A stretch of DNA of 64,000 nt from an uncultured bacterium (GCA_965372795.1 CBDVDR010000004.1:1-64000), one strand, 5' to 3'. Counted from the first letter of the stretch, positions 28,629-39,457 are shown. The notes: generated by a model from the letters alone, not told the origin. Numbers and translations: made by a program.

Positions 28629-29144
28629 TTAACTCACTTTAGTTTGATAAATAAATTTCTTCAATACACTGGAGACAGTATCTGTAAAATTCGAATAGGT
28701 ATCAGATATCATTTCCAACTCAGGTTTTGACAGACGATCCTCAAGATCACTTTTACTAACAAATTTTAAACCTGCAAATATAAAGTCTTCCTGACAATCA
28801 GTTCTTGTAACAACCCCTAAAATTTTATCAAGTTTTTCATATCCCTGAAGAGTAAAATTCATTGATACGATATCACCTTCATTGAGTGGTTCATTAATTT
28901 CAACAAGTAATCCGCCGGGAGAGATATTCAAAATTGTACCGCTTATGACAGTATTATCACCTTCTGGCCAGAAGTTTGAAAAAATATCTTTGATTTTATT
29001 AAGCGACATTGGCGATGATATTTCCAGTCGGATAAACCTCCGTCTACTTTCCTGATTCAATTTAAACGGTTTGCGAACACTAATTTTGCTTTCTTCCAAG
29101 TCTATATCAGATATAAACTTCGTTTTTTCTGCAGTTTTCATCAA
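28629..29144 (-). CDS. PilZ domain protein
   Basis: SRRRFIR, NISPGG, AGLKF. Confidence 0.85.
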   Translation of the reverse strand: MMKTAEKTKFISDIDLEESKISVRKPFKLNQESRRRFIRLEISSPMSLNKIKDIFSNFWPEGDNTVISGTILNISPGGLLVEINEPLNEGDIVSMNFTLQGYEKLDKILGVVTRTDCQEDFIFAGLKFVSKSDLEDRLSKPELEMISDTYSNFTDTVSSVLKKFIYQTKVS

Positions 29145-29158
29145 AGACTCCTAATCTT

Positions 29159-29911
29159 TTACTCCATTAATTTTGCCTGTAAATTATCATTTACTTCTTT
29201 TTGAAGTATTTTTGAATATTCCAGTACAGCTGGAGGCAGGCAATTTATTGCCTTTTTATCAAAATGATTCATTTTTTCTTCGTTTATAATAAATTTAACA
29301 CCAATTCTAAATTTGTTAGCTTTCCATTCATAACAATAACGCACTTGAACAATAATCAGGTGAGGCAGAGATAAATCCTTTAAAGGCAGATTTATAAACA
29401 AGAGTGTATTTTCCATAAATAAGTTTGAAGCCTCAAGTAACGCACCCCCGCAAGAGATATTAACAATTTTTGAATCACGCCATTTTAGACGGGAAGTAAA
29501 AGATGGCGAAGTAATATTTGACGCAATTACTGCAAATTTGGCAGAATCGGAATATATAAATCGTTTGAATTTTCTTCTTGTCAGAGGGACAACATTATCA
29601 CCTAAGATAATTGTACATTTTCCAGAAGTAGTTCTTTTTAATACAGCAGAGACTGAAATTTTTTCACCTTTATAATCAAACTGAGTAATAATGTTTTGAT
29701 TATTAATCAGTTCATCAATTTTACCATGATTTTTCCCTCGATCAATCGACAGACGATTATCATTGACCATCACTACTCTGCTTTGTAAACTATTCCCGGG
29801 AAATTGTTCAGAGAAAATAGTAATGTTTCTTCCAACAAGAGATGACAGATCTAATTGTTCAGAACTTATAACTCCGGTTGATTGTACAACTTGCAGGTTT
29901 GGATTACTCAT
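29159..29911 (-). CDS. YcgR/MotI-like flagellar brake, PilZ domain
   Basis: N-terminal PilZN-like domain; RRKFKR, NISCGG, IGVKF. Confidence 0.75.
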   Translation of the reverse strand: MSNPNLQVVQSTGVISSEQLDLSSLVGRNITIFSEQFPGNSLQSRVVMVNDNRLSIDRGKNHGKIDELINNQNIITQFDYKGEKISVSAVLKRTTSGKCTIILGDNVVPLTRRKFKRFIYSDSAKFAVIASNITSPSFTSRLKWRDSKIVNISCGGALLEASNLFMENTLLFINLPLKDLSLPHLIIVQVRYCYEWKANKFRIGVKFIINEEKMNHFDKKAINCLPPAVLEYSKILQKEVNDNLQAKLME

Positions 29912-30663
29912 TACAATAATCCCTTCTGGCGCATTTTAATCTGTAATTGAAAAACGTAGTTAGACAGAATATTTTGTTCCTGTAAATCAAATTTCCGTAC
30001 TGAAGGAGGCAGACATTTCAAGATATGTTTGGGGAAGTAATCATTAATTGTATCTTTGACAATAAACTCAAGTCCACAGTAGTAAAAATCTTTTTTGTTT
30101 ACGACCCGTCTGCAGACTCCGGCGATAATCTTTGGTAAAGCTAAATGATTGAAAAGATCAATATTTAACAGGGCAATGTCACCATTATCTATAAATGTTT
30201 TTGTTTTAATCAAAGCTCCCCCACCACTCAAATTAACGGTAAAAGATGTTTTCCATTCTAAATATGGTGAGGTAGATTTACCATTCTTTAAAAATTCAGG
30301 GATTTTCGAAATCAATATTTCCTGGGCTATATCAACTCGAACATATTTTCGACGCTGGACTCTTTGAATTTCACTAATATCCTGAAGCAAATAACCATCT
30401 AAGCCCCTTATTTTGACTTTGTGGATGTTGCAATAAAACTGATAAACAGCATCTTCTTTTGTAATAAGTACTCTAACCAGAGAATTTTCCCGTAACAGGG
30501 TTTTCCCACTTACAAAAACAGGTAAACTGATGACAATCCCTTCATCAGTGAAATCTTCAATTCGTGAAGAATAACAACCCGAATTATTTCCATCACCAAT
30601 AACAAGCTCAAGTTTTTCACGGAGCAGTAATGGTTGAGATATCTGTTTAACCCTTAATTCCAC
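29911..30663 (-). CDS. YcgR/MotI-like flagellar brake, PilZ domain
   Basis: YSSRIED, QRRKYVR, NLSGGG, CGLEF, YVF..Q..RQKG. Confidence 0.85.
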   Translation of the reverse strand: MELRVKQISQPLLLREKLELVIGDGNNSGCYSSRIEDFTDEGIVISLPVFVSGKTLLRENSLVRVLITKEDAVYQFYCNIHKVKIRGLDGYLLQDISEIQRVQRRKYVRVDIAQEILISKIPEFLKNGKSTSPYLEWKTSFTVNLSGGGALIKTKTFIDNGDIALLNIDLFNHLALPKIIAGVCRRVVNKKDFYYCGLEFIVKDTINDYFPKHILKCLPPSVRKFDLQEQNILSNYVFQLQIKMRQKGLL

Positions 30664-30678
30664 AATCTATAAATCCAT

Positions 30679-31878
30679 TTAAATGTTAATATTTTTTGAT
30701 GCTTCCAGGTTTAATTTCCCTTGTTCAATCGCCAGTTCTAATATTTTTCTAGCAAGAGCGGTTCTCGCAGGATCTTGACGGTTTTGATAAACAAATTCCT
30801 GTCCATGCTTTATAGTGCTGTTAAAATATTGCCTTGCATTATCAAAATCACCAATCCGGCGCGATAATTCAGCGATTAAATATGAAGCTTGAATTAATTG
30901 ATTACCCGCGGAAATAGTTCGACCATCTTCCAACGCTTGAATATAGTAGTGAATTGCTTTTTCCAAAGCTTCTGATTCATTTACTACAATCAGCGACCAA
31001 TCTTTTTTGACATCAAAAAGGAAATCTTTAAAAGATGCGTGGTTACCAAATGATCCGCCACTACCTTGACTTCCCCCAAATACTACATTTTTGTACTCAA
31101 TGATAATTTCATTAATTTTTTCAAATTCATTTTTTGCAGATTCAAGTTGAGTTTGTAAATTTTCGACTGCTTTCCCAAATTTGTCTTTAAATGGAATCAT
31201 CTGTGATTGTATATCCGTTGAGATATTTTCGTTATCAAAATGAGAATTGATATGATTTATTAAACCAGATGATTCTTTACCTGTATCAGAATGACAATTT
31301 TGTAAAGCCGTGAATTTTGTACACATCTCCATCATCAAGCCATTAATAAACAGATCGTTGGGATTAACAGCATCCTGCATAGACCTGAAAACCCATCCAA
31401 TTCTTAAATAGAATCTCCCCAGATCCAGCATTGAAGGCCGATCGGGCAGAAGTTCATCTAAAATGGAAAGGTGGAGTTTTATAATAGCTGATTCATTTGG
31501 ATGTCGAACGATATCAACAGCTTGTCCCATTTTCTTAAGAACAGATTCAGAGACTGCAAGTTTATCCAGATGTTTTTCTTTTACAGTTTTTAGGCGATAC
31601 GTACGAAAATGATTATCATTTTTCCACTCTTTAAAGTTATTGGAAAATTCGCGGGTATAGTAGCAATTGTTGCATGTAACCGTGAAAAATGCCAGTGGAT
31701 TAATCGCCTGGTATCGCGGATATCGCCACTTGGTTTCTAACGGACAAAAGTCAGTATCCCGGCCTTCTTCCACGTAAGCGCCAACTTTAAGGGTCTCAAA
31801 TTCGTTTAAAGTTTTACAAATCGGACACTCTATTTTTGTTAAAAAGAACGGACTTTCTTTCGACATTGTATTCTCCAA
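30679..31878 (-). CDS. DUF2225 family protein (Zn-finger plus TPR-like)
   Basis: CPIC, DTDFCP, INPL, CNNCYY, LRIGW, YLIAELSRRIG. Confidence 0.8.
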   Translation of the reverse strand: MENTMSKESPFFLTKIECPICKTLNEFETLKVGAYVEEGRDTDFCPLETKWRYPRYQAINPLAFFTVTCNNCYYTREFSNNFKEWKNDNHFRTYRLKTVKEKHLDKLAVSESVLKKMGQAVDIVRHPNESAIIKLHLSILDELLPDRPSMLDLGRFYLRIGWVFRSMQDAVNPNDLFINGLMMEMCTKFTALQNCHSDTGKESSGLINHINSHFDNENISTDIQSQMIPFKDKFGKAVENLQTQLESAKNEFEKINEIIIEYKNVVFGGSQGSGGSFGNHASFKDFLFDVKKDWSLIVVNESEALEKAIHYYIQALEDGRTISAGNQLIQASYLIAELSRRIGDFDNARQYFNSTIKHGQEFVYQNRQDPARTALARKILELAIEQGKLNLEASKNINI

Positions 31879-31883
31879 AATGT

Positions 31884-32324
31884 TTATTTATTTGCTAAAG
31901 TCAAAAGGGACAGTTCTGCCATAGATATCGGCAAGACTCCCATAATTCTATCATTGTCTGCTCCAGCTTTGAGCATCTCTTTTGCAATTCTGATAATATC
32001 AGATCGATCCCGTCGAGCTGTATTATTTTCAATCTTTATCGGTATCTCTTCATCCTGAACGAGATCAGCTTTATCTTCTGTGGAATTTGAATCTGTTAAA
32101 AAATTGATAAATTCAATTTTTTCATTCACAGGCCTTTCATTCCTAATATTTTTAGCTGGTGCTCTTTTAACGATAAGAGCGGCTGATGTTGAAGCTCCTA
32201 TTGTTTCAGTATCTTTCTTTTGAAAGATTGTATAAATTATGACTGCAAGAATTGAAACAATGACATATCCAGCAGCGTTCATCGCAATATCAATAATCAT
32301 TTCTTGTGAAAGTTCCATTTTCAC
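31884..32324 (-). CDS. Hypothetical single-TM flagellar operon protein
   Basis: N-terminal TM, C-terminal HTH-like segment (ISMAELSL). Confidence 0.55.
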   Translation of the reverse strand: MKMELSQEMIIDIAMNAAGYVIVSILAVIIYTIFQKKDTETIGASTSAALIVKRAPAKNIRNERPVNEKIEFINFLTDSNSTEDKADLVQDEEIPIKIENNTARRDRSDIIRIAKEMLKAGADNDRIMGVLPISMAELSLLTLANK

Positions 32325-32334
32325 ACTCCATTAT

Positions 32335-32652
32335 CTAAGCCTTAATATCAATATGTTCAGTGCTATCAGGCATGTCTTTGTCAGTCTTATCTGGTTCTTC
32401 AGACTGTTGAATTTTTTTTTCCTGTTTCTTTTCATCATGCCTTTGATTGCTCTGATCATCCTTTAATTCGGTTAAATAAACCGAATCCTGTTTATTTTTT
32501 TTCTTTTTAGCAAGTTCCTCTTCCATTTTCTCTTTAAGAGCTTTGGAGAAGTTTTGCTGATTTTTCTCTTTTTCAGACCGCTCAATTCTTCTGACAATTT
32601 CTCCTGGTTGAGCGTTCGCACTATTATCGACACGATCAATCGGAGTATTCAT
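32335..32652 (-). CDS. Hypothetical charged protein
   Basis: GGAGG RBS before ATG at 32652; ends HIDIKA like small flagellar operon proteins. Confidence 0.55.
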   Translation of the reverse strand: MNTPIDRVDNSANAQPGEIVRRIERSEKEKNQQNFSKALKEKMEEELAKKKKNKQDSVYLTELKDDQSNQRHDEKKQEKKIQQSEEPDKTDKDMPDSTEHIDIKA

Positions 32653-32679
32653 AGAACCTCCCAAGTCTGGTAATCGAAA

Positions 32680-33555
32680 TTATGCCGTCATAGAAAATTT
32701 TTCTTTAACCATGCCACGTAATTTCATTACCGCGCGAGTATGAATCTGAGATACTCTTGATTCAGAAATCGACATCACTTCACCGATCTCTTTCAGCGTC
32801 AATATTTCATAGTAATAAAGCGCTATCACAAGTTTTTCCTGCTTAGTCAATTTATCAATTGCTACTACAAGAAAAGATCGCAGTTCATCTTTTTCAATTT
32901 CTGCCAGAATGCTATGAGATGACTTATCCATAATTGTTTCAATTCTTGGCACCTGACGGTTATCATCTTCACGGAAAATTACTTCATCAAGCGAAAGGAT
33001 ATTTGTACCTGACACATCATCCAATGCCAGATGAAGATCTTGCAGTGTTATGTTCATATATTTAGCCAATTCCATCTTTTCCGGTGGGCGACCAAGATCA
33101 TTTTTCAAAATGGTTACAGCTTTCTCGATTTCACGAGATTTAGCTCTTGTTGATCTGGGGACCCAGTCTAAAGCTCTTAATTCGTCAAGAATTGCACCAC
33201 GAATTCTTGGAACAGCATAGGTTTCAAATTTCACTCCTCGATCCGGATCGAAATGTCCGAAGGCTTCAATCAAACCGATCACACCGGTACTGATTAAATC
33301 TGACAGTTCGACCGACTTCGGAAAGCCCATTGCCATCCGGGTTGCAACATTTCTAACAAGTGGCACATATTTGTCAAGTAGCATTCTGCGCTGTTCTGGA
33401 GCTTTGAATTTATGATATCTTCTCCAGTCAGTTTCAGTCACTTCCCAACGGTTAGGTCTCAGACTCTTTGGAATCAGAGGTGCTTTCTTCTCAACTTTTT
33501 TAGTCTTCGGCTTTCTGCCTTGCTTTTTTGGTTCAATTAATAATGCATTAGCCAT
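32680..33555 (-). CDS. fliA: Flagellar sigma factor sigma28 (FliA/WhiG)
   Basis: DLISTGVIGL, KFETYA..RIRGAILDELR.LDWVPRS, TLKEIG.V..ISESRVSQIH. Confidence 0.95.
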   Translation of the reverse strand: MANALLIEPKKQGRKPKTKKVEKKAPLIPKSLRPNRWEVTETDWRRYHKFKAPEQRRMLLDKYVPLVRNVATRMAMGFPKSVELSDLISTGVIGLIEAFGHFDPDRGVKFETYAVPRIRGAILDELRALDWVPRSTRAKSREIEKAVTILKNDLGRPPEKMELAKYMNITLQDLHLALDDVSGTNILSLDEVIFREDDNRQVPRIETIMDKSSHSILAEIEKDELRSFLVVAIDKLTKQEKLVIALYYYEILTLKEIGEVMSISESRVSQIHTRAVMKLRGMVKEKFSMTA

Positions 33556-33562
33556 AGGTATT

Positions 33563-34435
33563 TTATTCCTTTATATCGGCCATATTAAGGTTATTATTTA
33601 TTTTTAATTTGTTATCCTGTTCAGTTTCAAACTGAATATTCTGAAATCCTTCAGTTAAAGATTTTATTGTTTTGTTAAGTGGTTGAATTACAACAGATTC
33701 GTCAGTTATCGCTGATACCGGTTGCTGAGTTGCAACACTTTTGCGATATGAATCTGATTCTGTGATATATCCTGCAAAAAACGGTATTCTATTTATAAAC
33801 CGCTCCGAAAGAGCGCTGAATTTTCGACGAATATATTCTGCTTCTTCTGCATCCTGAACTCTATTTATTAACAAAGCCAGGTTTATTGAACTATCAGTAT
33901 TCGACAAATATTTGGTTAGACCGTAACAATCAGAGATTGAGGTTAATTCGGGGACCATTACTATCATTGTTGAATCTGATCCGATAGCTGTTACAGCTGA
34001 AAATTTGCAAATTCCAGAGCCATGATCTATAATTACTTTATCATATCTCTTTGATTCATTGCGAAGGACAGTTATAAATTCTGCCGCTTGTTTAATATCA
34101 GCCGTATCAATTTCTATTTCACCAACAGAAGCTAACAGATCAAGGTTACCATTGACTTTTGTAACAGCTTCTTTTAGTGAGAGAGACCGATTGAGAAAAT
34201 GAGATATGCCATAAGAGGGGCATACATTGGCAAGAATATGTAAATTTCCAAAATACAGATCGCCGTCAACCAGCAATACTTTTTTACCCGAAAATGCAAT
34301 CCGTTCGGCAAGATTATAAGCCAGAACAGTTTTACCAACGCCGCCTTTACCGGAAAGTATTGAAGTAATTCTCAAGCTATAATCAGTGCCTTTAGAATTT
34401 ATCAAATTTTTGAGATTAAGCCTTTTCAAGAGCAA
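33563..34435 (-). CDS. flhG: FlhG/FleN MinD-like ATPase
   Basis: SGKGGVGKT, VDGDL, PELTSISD; between flhF and fliA. Confidence 0.9.
   Translation of the reverse strand: MLLKRLNLKNLINSKGTDYSLRITSILSGKGGVGKTVLAYNLAERIAFSGKKVLLVDGDLYFGNLHILANVCPSYGISHFLNRSLSLKEAVTKVNGNLDLLASVGEIEIDTADIKQAAEFITVLRNESKRYDKVIIDHGSGICKFSAVTAIGSDSTMIVMVPELTSISDCYGLTKYLSNTDSSINLALLINRVQDAEEAEYIRRKFSALSERFINRIPFFAGYITESDSYRKSVATQQPVSAITDESVVIQPLNKTIKSLTEGFQNIQFETEQDNKLKINNNLNMADIKE
33573..33600 (-). promoter_or_regulatory. sigma28-type promoter in front of fliA (within the flhG 3' end)
   Basis: TAAA-N16-GCCGATAT. Confidence 0.55.
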
Positions 34436-35519
34436 CCTCAGCTTTCATTATTTTTCTGGAGATCAGATCCGGATCGGGAGCATTGATAGATCCGATACCA
34501 CCGGGAGCATCTGAAACATAAATGACTTTTAAATCACTGCTATTTGCTGCTGCCATGATTGAACCCAAGCGGTCAGTTAAATCCTGCATTGTGATTATTA
34601 AATGGGTTGGATTAAATTTTTTCACCTGTTTCATCATCTGAGCGATATCGCTTGAACGGGTTAAAGATGAAAAAACTGCAAAACAGAAATCAGCATTAAG
34701 AGCTTCTATTTTCTGTGTCAGTTTATTCAGGTTAATCTCATCAGATGGCATTGCCGGTGAATCGATTAAGATAATACTGTTATCTGATATAGTTTTATCT
34801 ATATCGGAGTTAAGATCAGCGACTTCAACATCAAGCAGGTCTGCATAACCATGGATTTCATCATGGGCACCCATTTTCATATCATCAAGTGATGCCAGAT
34901 GAACTTTTTTCTTTTCATTAATAATTAATTGAACGGCAAGTTTTCCCATGGCGGAAGATTTTCCACTTCCAGCCGGACCTACGAAAACAATTTTACTTCC
35001 TTCGGTAAATTCTATTGAAGGAAGCATCAAATTTGAAAGCATCTCAACGAGTTTAACTCTAACAACATCAGGAGCTTTATTTTGCTCAACCGCATTGATA
35101 ATGAGATGCTCGATAATTTCATCAATGATATTCTGTGGAATATCAGAATCTTTAAGTTTGTTAATTACATCTGAATAGATTAGAGAGGTATCAGATTCGG
35201 ACTTTGCACCAAAGTTATCTTTATCTAACAGATTTGAAATCTGTCCCTCAAGATTTGAAAGTCTATTGATTATTACATCATCATTTTTAATTACCGGAGC
35301 AGGTTCTATAACAGCAGCTGCAGGAGGGGCATCAGGGAATATTCTATTAGATTGACCAACTGTCGGTTTTTCAAGGCAGGCAGTGATTTCTATTTTATAT
35401 CCATTCCTGTCCTGAGTAAGTTCACTCGTTTTAAGAACGATGGCATCTCCACCCATTTCGCTGCGAACTGCTTTTAAAGCTGCTGCTGAAGTTTCTGCCC
35501 TAAACGATTTAATTATCAT
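34416..35519 (-). CDS. flhF: FlhF SRP-family GTPase (degenerate G3/G4)
   Basis: N-terminus IKSF.A....AL..VR.E.G.DAIVL; VGPAGSGKSS; synteny. Confidence 0.85.
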   Translation of the reverse strand: MIIKSFRAETSAAALKAVRSEMGGDAIVLKTSELTQDRNGYKIEITACLEKPTVGQSNRIFPDAPPAAAVIEPAPVIKNDDVIINRLSNLEGQISNLLDKDNFGAKSESDTSLIYSDVINKLKDSDIPQNIIDEIIEHLIINAVEQNKAPDVVRVKLVEMLSNLMLPSIEFTEGSKIVFVGPAGSGKSSAMGKLAVQLIINEKKKVHLASLDDMKMGAHDEIHGYADLLDVEVADLNSDIDKTISDNSIILIDSPAMPSDEINLNKLTQKIEALNADFCFAVFSSLTRSSDIAQMMKQVKKFNPTHLIITMQDLTDRLGSIMAAANSSDLKVIYVSDAPGGIGSINAPDPDLISRKIMKAEVALEKA

Positions 35520-37593
35520 CTTGTAACCTCACCATTCCCATTGATACAAGTTCGACATCAGGTAAAATTTCATTGAATGAGACAATCGTCAGTTGCGGGA
35601 AAGACGCTTCGACTAATCTTCTCAAAGCCAATCTGATGTTTGGTGAGCAGATGCATACCGGCGTATGTCCGGTTGACTGCAAAGTTTCGATCTGCTTCCC
35701 TATTTTTTCCAATAGCAACCCAGACATGGTAGGATCAAGTACCAGCATTAAACCCTGTTTGGTATTTTGCACTGATTCACCAAGTTGCTGTTCTATCTGG
35801 GGATCAATTGTGAAGACATTGACTTTGCCTTCTTTATCTTTGTTCATCTCAGTTATCTGACGCTTTAAAGCCATGCGAACATATTCAGCCAGAACATCAT
35901 TATCTTTTGTAGCGCCAATGTAATCACTGATGGTTTCAACTATAGTAGCCAGATCGCGAACCGGAATTCTTTCATTCAGTAACGACTGTAAAATTTTCTG
36001 AAGGGTTCCCAATGGAACTATTTCCGGAATGACTGAATCAACCAATGCAGGAGAATCTTCTTTGAGAGTTTCCACCAAATGCTGGACATCCTGACGGGTG
36101 AGTATTTCAGCAGATGCTGATCTGATTACTTCTGTTAAATGGGTTGCTAAAACAGCTGATGGTTCAACACAGGTATAGTTATTGGCTTCAGCCATTTCTT
36201 TCAGATTAGGAATAATCCAGGTAGCGTTTAATCCGTAGGCGGGGTCTTTAGTATCAAAACCATCAAGTTTTTCTTCAACAAAGCCCGGGTTAATTGCCAG
36301 TTTATGATCCGGCATAAGTTCAAATCCGGAAACCTTAATGCCTTTAACTTTAATTTGGTATTCATTCGGCTTGAGTTGGACATTATCTCTTATTCTGATG
36401 GCAGGAATTACTATGCCTAATTCAGAAGCCAGTTGTTTGCGAATAACTGTAACTCGATCAAGTAAATCTCCACCCTGATTAGCATCGACTAAAGGAATTA
36501 ACCCATATCCGATTTCTAATCCGAGTGAATCAACCTTAAGAAGATCTTCAGTACGCTCTTCAACAGGCGGTTCAGAATCCTCATCCTTTTGAATCTGTTT
36601 TTCTTGAACATCTTTTTTTGCAAGAGCTTCTTTGGCGACAAATCCTATTCCACCAGCTAAGGCACTCATAAACATGAAAATTGAAGTTGGCATTCCCGGT
36701 AGAAGACCAAAAACAAACAGTACCCCGGCACCAACAAAAATTGCCCGTGGCTCACGGGTCAGCTGACTTGCTAAATCGGAACCCATACTTCCGGTTGATG
36801 CTGCTCTGGTAACAATGATACCTGATGCGGTAGAAACCAATAAGGCAGGAATCTGTGTTACCAAACCATCACCGATAGACAGCAAAGAATAAGTCCGCAT
36901 TGAATCAGCCAGAGTCATATCATTTAAGGCGACTCCGATAACAAAACCACCAATGATATTGATCAGAGTAATGAGGATACCAGCGATAGCATCACCACGA
37001 ACAAACTTTGATGCACCGTCCATTGCGCCATAGAAATCAGCTTCCTGGGCAATCTCAACGCGGCGTTCACGGGCTTGTTCATCGGTTATAATACCGGCAT
37101 TTAAATCAGCATCGATTGCCATCTGTTTACCAGGCATCGCATCAAGAGTAAATCGAGCGGACACTTCAGATATACGACCGGCACCTTTGGTGATAACGAC
37201 GAATTGAATTATAACCAGAATGATAAATACAATAAAACCGACTACATAATTTCCCTGAACAACGAAGTTACCAAACGAGTTGATAACATCACCTGCAAAA
37301 GCATGTCCAAGAATCAAACGAGTCGATGCAACGTTTAATGATAAACGTAACAAAGTAACAATTAAAAGCATCCCCGGAAATACTGACAGATCCAGCGGAC
37401 GACGGATATACATAGTTGTTAACAAGACAACGAGTGAGAAAGTAATATTGAAAGCTAACGCAAAATCCAACAGCATTGTCGGAATAGGGATAATTAAGAC
37501 ACCAATAATAGCAACAACGCCCAAAGCCAGAACTATATCAGAGCGTTCAGTTATTACATCAATCATATTTTTTTGTTCTGATTGTTGTGCCAT
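35509..37593 (-). CDS. flhA: Flagellar export gate protein FlhA
   Basis: ITKGAGRISEVSARFTLDAMPGKQMAIDADL, FYGAMDGASKFVRGD. Confidence 0.97.
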   Translation of the reverse strand: MAQQSEQKNMIDVITERSDIVLALGVVAIIGVLIIPIPTMLLDFALAFNITFSLVVLLTTMYIRRPLDLSVFPGMLLIVTLLRLSLNVASTRLILGHAFAGDVINSFGNFVVQGNYVVGFIVFIILVIIQFVVITKGAGRISEVSARFTLDAMPGKQMAIDADLNAGIITDEQARERRVEIAQEADFYGAMDGASKFVRGDAIAGILITLINIIGGFVIGVALNDMTLADSMRTYSLLSIGDGLVTQIPALLVSTASGIIVTRAASTGSMGSDLASQLTREPRAIFVGAGVLFVFGLLPGMPTSIFMFMSALAGGIGFVAKEALAKKDVQEKQIQKDEDSEPPVEERTEDLLKVDSLGLEIGYGLIPLVDANQGGDLLDRVTVIRKQLASELGIVIPAIRIRDNVQLKPNEYQIKVKGIKVSGFELMPDHKLAINPGFVEEKLDGFDTKDPAYGLNATWIIPNLKEMAEANNYTCVEPSAVLATHLTEVIRSASAEILTRQDVQHLVETLKEDSPALVDSVIPEIVPLGTLQKILQSLLNERIPVRDLATIVETISDYIGATKDNDVLAEYVRMALKRQITEMNKDKEGKVNVFTIDPQIEQQLGESVQNTKQGLMLVLDPTMSGLLLEKIGKQIETLQSTGHTPVCICSPNIRLALRRLVEASFPQLTIVSFNEILPDVELVSMGMVRLQDDN

Positions 37594-37594
37594 C

Positions 37595-38665
37595 TTAGCT
37601 TACTCCCTTTCCATTCAAACGGAAGACATAAGCTAAAATCTCGGCAACGGCGCGATAGAGATGCATCGGCACCATCTGCCCGATTTCACAAACTTTGAAT
37701 AAGGCTCTTGCCAGAGGTTTATCTTCGATAACAGGAATATTATTTTCATAAGCAATTTTCTTAATTTTCTGTGCGATCAATCGTTCACCCTTTGCCACTA
37801 CCCAGGGAGCTGCCATTTCATCAGTATTATATTTCAAGGCTACTGCGATATGAGTCGGGTTAGTGATTACCACGTCAGCATCAGGAACTGATGCCATCAT
37901 TCTGTTACGCGACATCTCACGCTGAAGCTGTCGGACTCGTGATTTTATTTGGGGAGAACCTTCGGTATCTTTAAACTCGTCTCTTATTTCCTGACGAGAC
38001 ATTTTGATAGATTTTTCAAAATCATATTTTTGATAGGCATAATCAATAGCAGCAATAATCAATATTATTGAACCAACCTTTAATGCCAGGAAAACAGCCT
38101 GGGTTGCCATTGTACTTGCTATTTGTGCAACCGTCATATCCGGCAGCAGGAAAAATGAATCGAATTCACTTTCAATAACTTTAAAAGCGACAAAACCGAT
38201 AACAAATAATTTGACCGTATCGCGAACAAGTGTGACCAGTGACTTAACTGCAAAGAGACGTTTTAAGCCATTCAAAGGATTCAATTTGTCTAATTTCGGT
38301 TCTAATCCTTTAGGTGTAATTTTAAATCCAACTTGAGCGACATTGACTCCAAAGGCGATAACAATCATTCCTGCAAACACAGGAAACATGATTGAGAAGA
38401 AACGAAGCATGCTGTCGCCGAATACTTTTGCAAAAGTAGGATCAGAGGCAGCAATTACAGGAGCATTAGCTAAATTATAAGCGAATAAATCTTTAATTTG
38501 ACCGACAACATTAGGACCGACTGCATACAAAGTGAGAAATCCAAGACATATAATAGCAGCCGAATTTAATTCCATCGACTTGACAACTTTTCCTTCTTCG
38601 CGAGCTTTATGCCGCCTCCTGGGGGTCGCCTTCTCTGATTTTTCTTGGAAACTATCGTCAGCCAT
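37595..38665 (-). CDS. flhB: Flagellar export switch protein FlhB
   Basis: EKSEKATPRR, autocleavage TNPTH. Confidence 0.97.
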   Translation of the reverse strand: MADDSFQEKSEKATPRRRHKAREEGKVVKSMELNSAAIICLGFLTLYAVGPNVVGQIKDLFAYNLANAPVIAASDPTFAKVFGDSMLRFFSIMFPVFAGMIVIAFGVNVAQVGFKITPKGLEPKLDKLNPLNGLKRLFAVKSLVTLVRDTVKLFVIGFVAFKVIESEFDSFFLLPDMTVAQIASTMATQAVFLALKVGSIILIIAAIDYAYQKYDFEKSIKMSRQEIRDEFKDTEGSPQIKSRVRQLQREMSRNRMMASVPDADVVITNPTHIAVALKYNTDEMAAPWVVAKGERLIAQKIKKIAYENNIPVIEDKPLARALFKVCEIGQMVPMHLYRAVAEILAYVFRLNGKGVS

Positions 38666-38668
38666 TGG

Positions 38669-39457
38669 CTACGCCTTTCCCATCGACAGGAAGAGAATGT
38701 TCAGTTCTTTATCAAGGAAGCCCATACTCTTTTCTAGAACGTAGGCAAAAATCGGCATCGACATTGCCATAATCAAAAGCCCCATAGCAATTTTGATCGG
38801 GAAACCAACAAAGAACACATTCATAGTCGGCATTGTCTTAGCAATCGTACCAAGAGCAATATCTGTCAGGAATAATGAGATCATTATCGGAGCAGATATT
38901 TTCAATGCGATTACAAAAACATAAGCTGAATATTTTATCATTAACTCACCAACACTGCCTTGTATTGCAACGCCTGCCGGTGGAATGACTTCATAACTAT
39001 TTACAAAAGCTGTAATAATCAGGTGATGACCGTTAAGTCCGAGGAAAATCAGAATTGCCATAACATTCCAGAAATTTCCGATTACCGAAACCTGGGCACC
39101 AATATTACGATCAAATTCAGTTGCCATTGATAAGCCAATCTGGTAACCAACTATCGAACCGGCTGTCTGAACGCCATAAAAAATCAGCATAAAGAACATG
39201 CTGATTATTGCGCCGACTAAAATTTCTTTAATTGCAAATCCGGCAAACTGCCAGGTTGATTCAATTGGCGGAATAGTAACATTGCTGAGAGTAGAAACTA
39301 CGATACCTGATAATAAAATGAGTAATCCGACTCTGATTGTTCGTGGGATACTTTTATGTCCAAAAATCGGAGCAAAAGCAAATAATCCTGATCCACGAAA
39401 AATAACCAGAACAAAAATTTGAAGCTTATCAGCTGTAAAATTTACAAAATCGAACAA
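38669..39457 (-). CDS. fliR: Flagellar export protein FliR
   Basis: NGHHL, PTMNVFFVGFPIK. Confidence 0.95.
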   Translation of the reverse strand: MFDFVNFTADKLQIFVLVIFRGSGLFAFAPIFGHKSIPRTIRVGLLILLSGIVVSTLSNVTIPPIESTWQFAGFAIKEILVGAIISMFFMLIFYGVQTAGSIVGYQIGLSMATEFDRNIGAQVSVIGNFWNVMAILIFLGLNGHHLIITAFVNSYEVIPPAGVAIQGSVGELMIKYSAYVFVIALKISAPIMISLFLTDIALGTIAKTMPTMNVFFVGFPIKIAMGLLIMAMSMPIFAYVLEKSMGFLDKELNILFLSMGKA

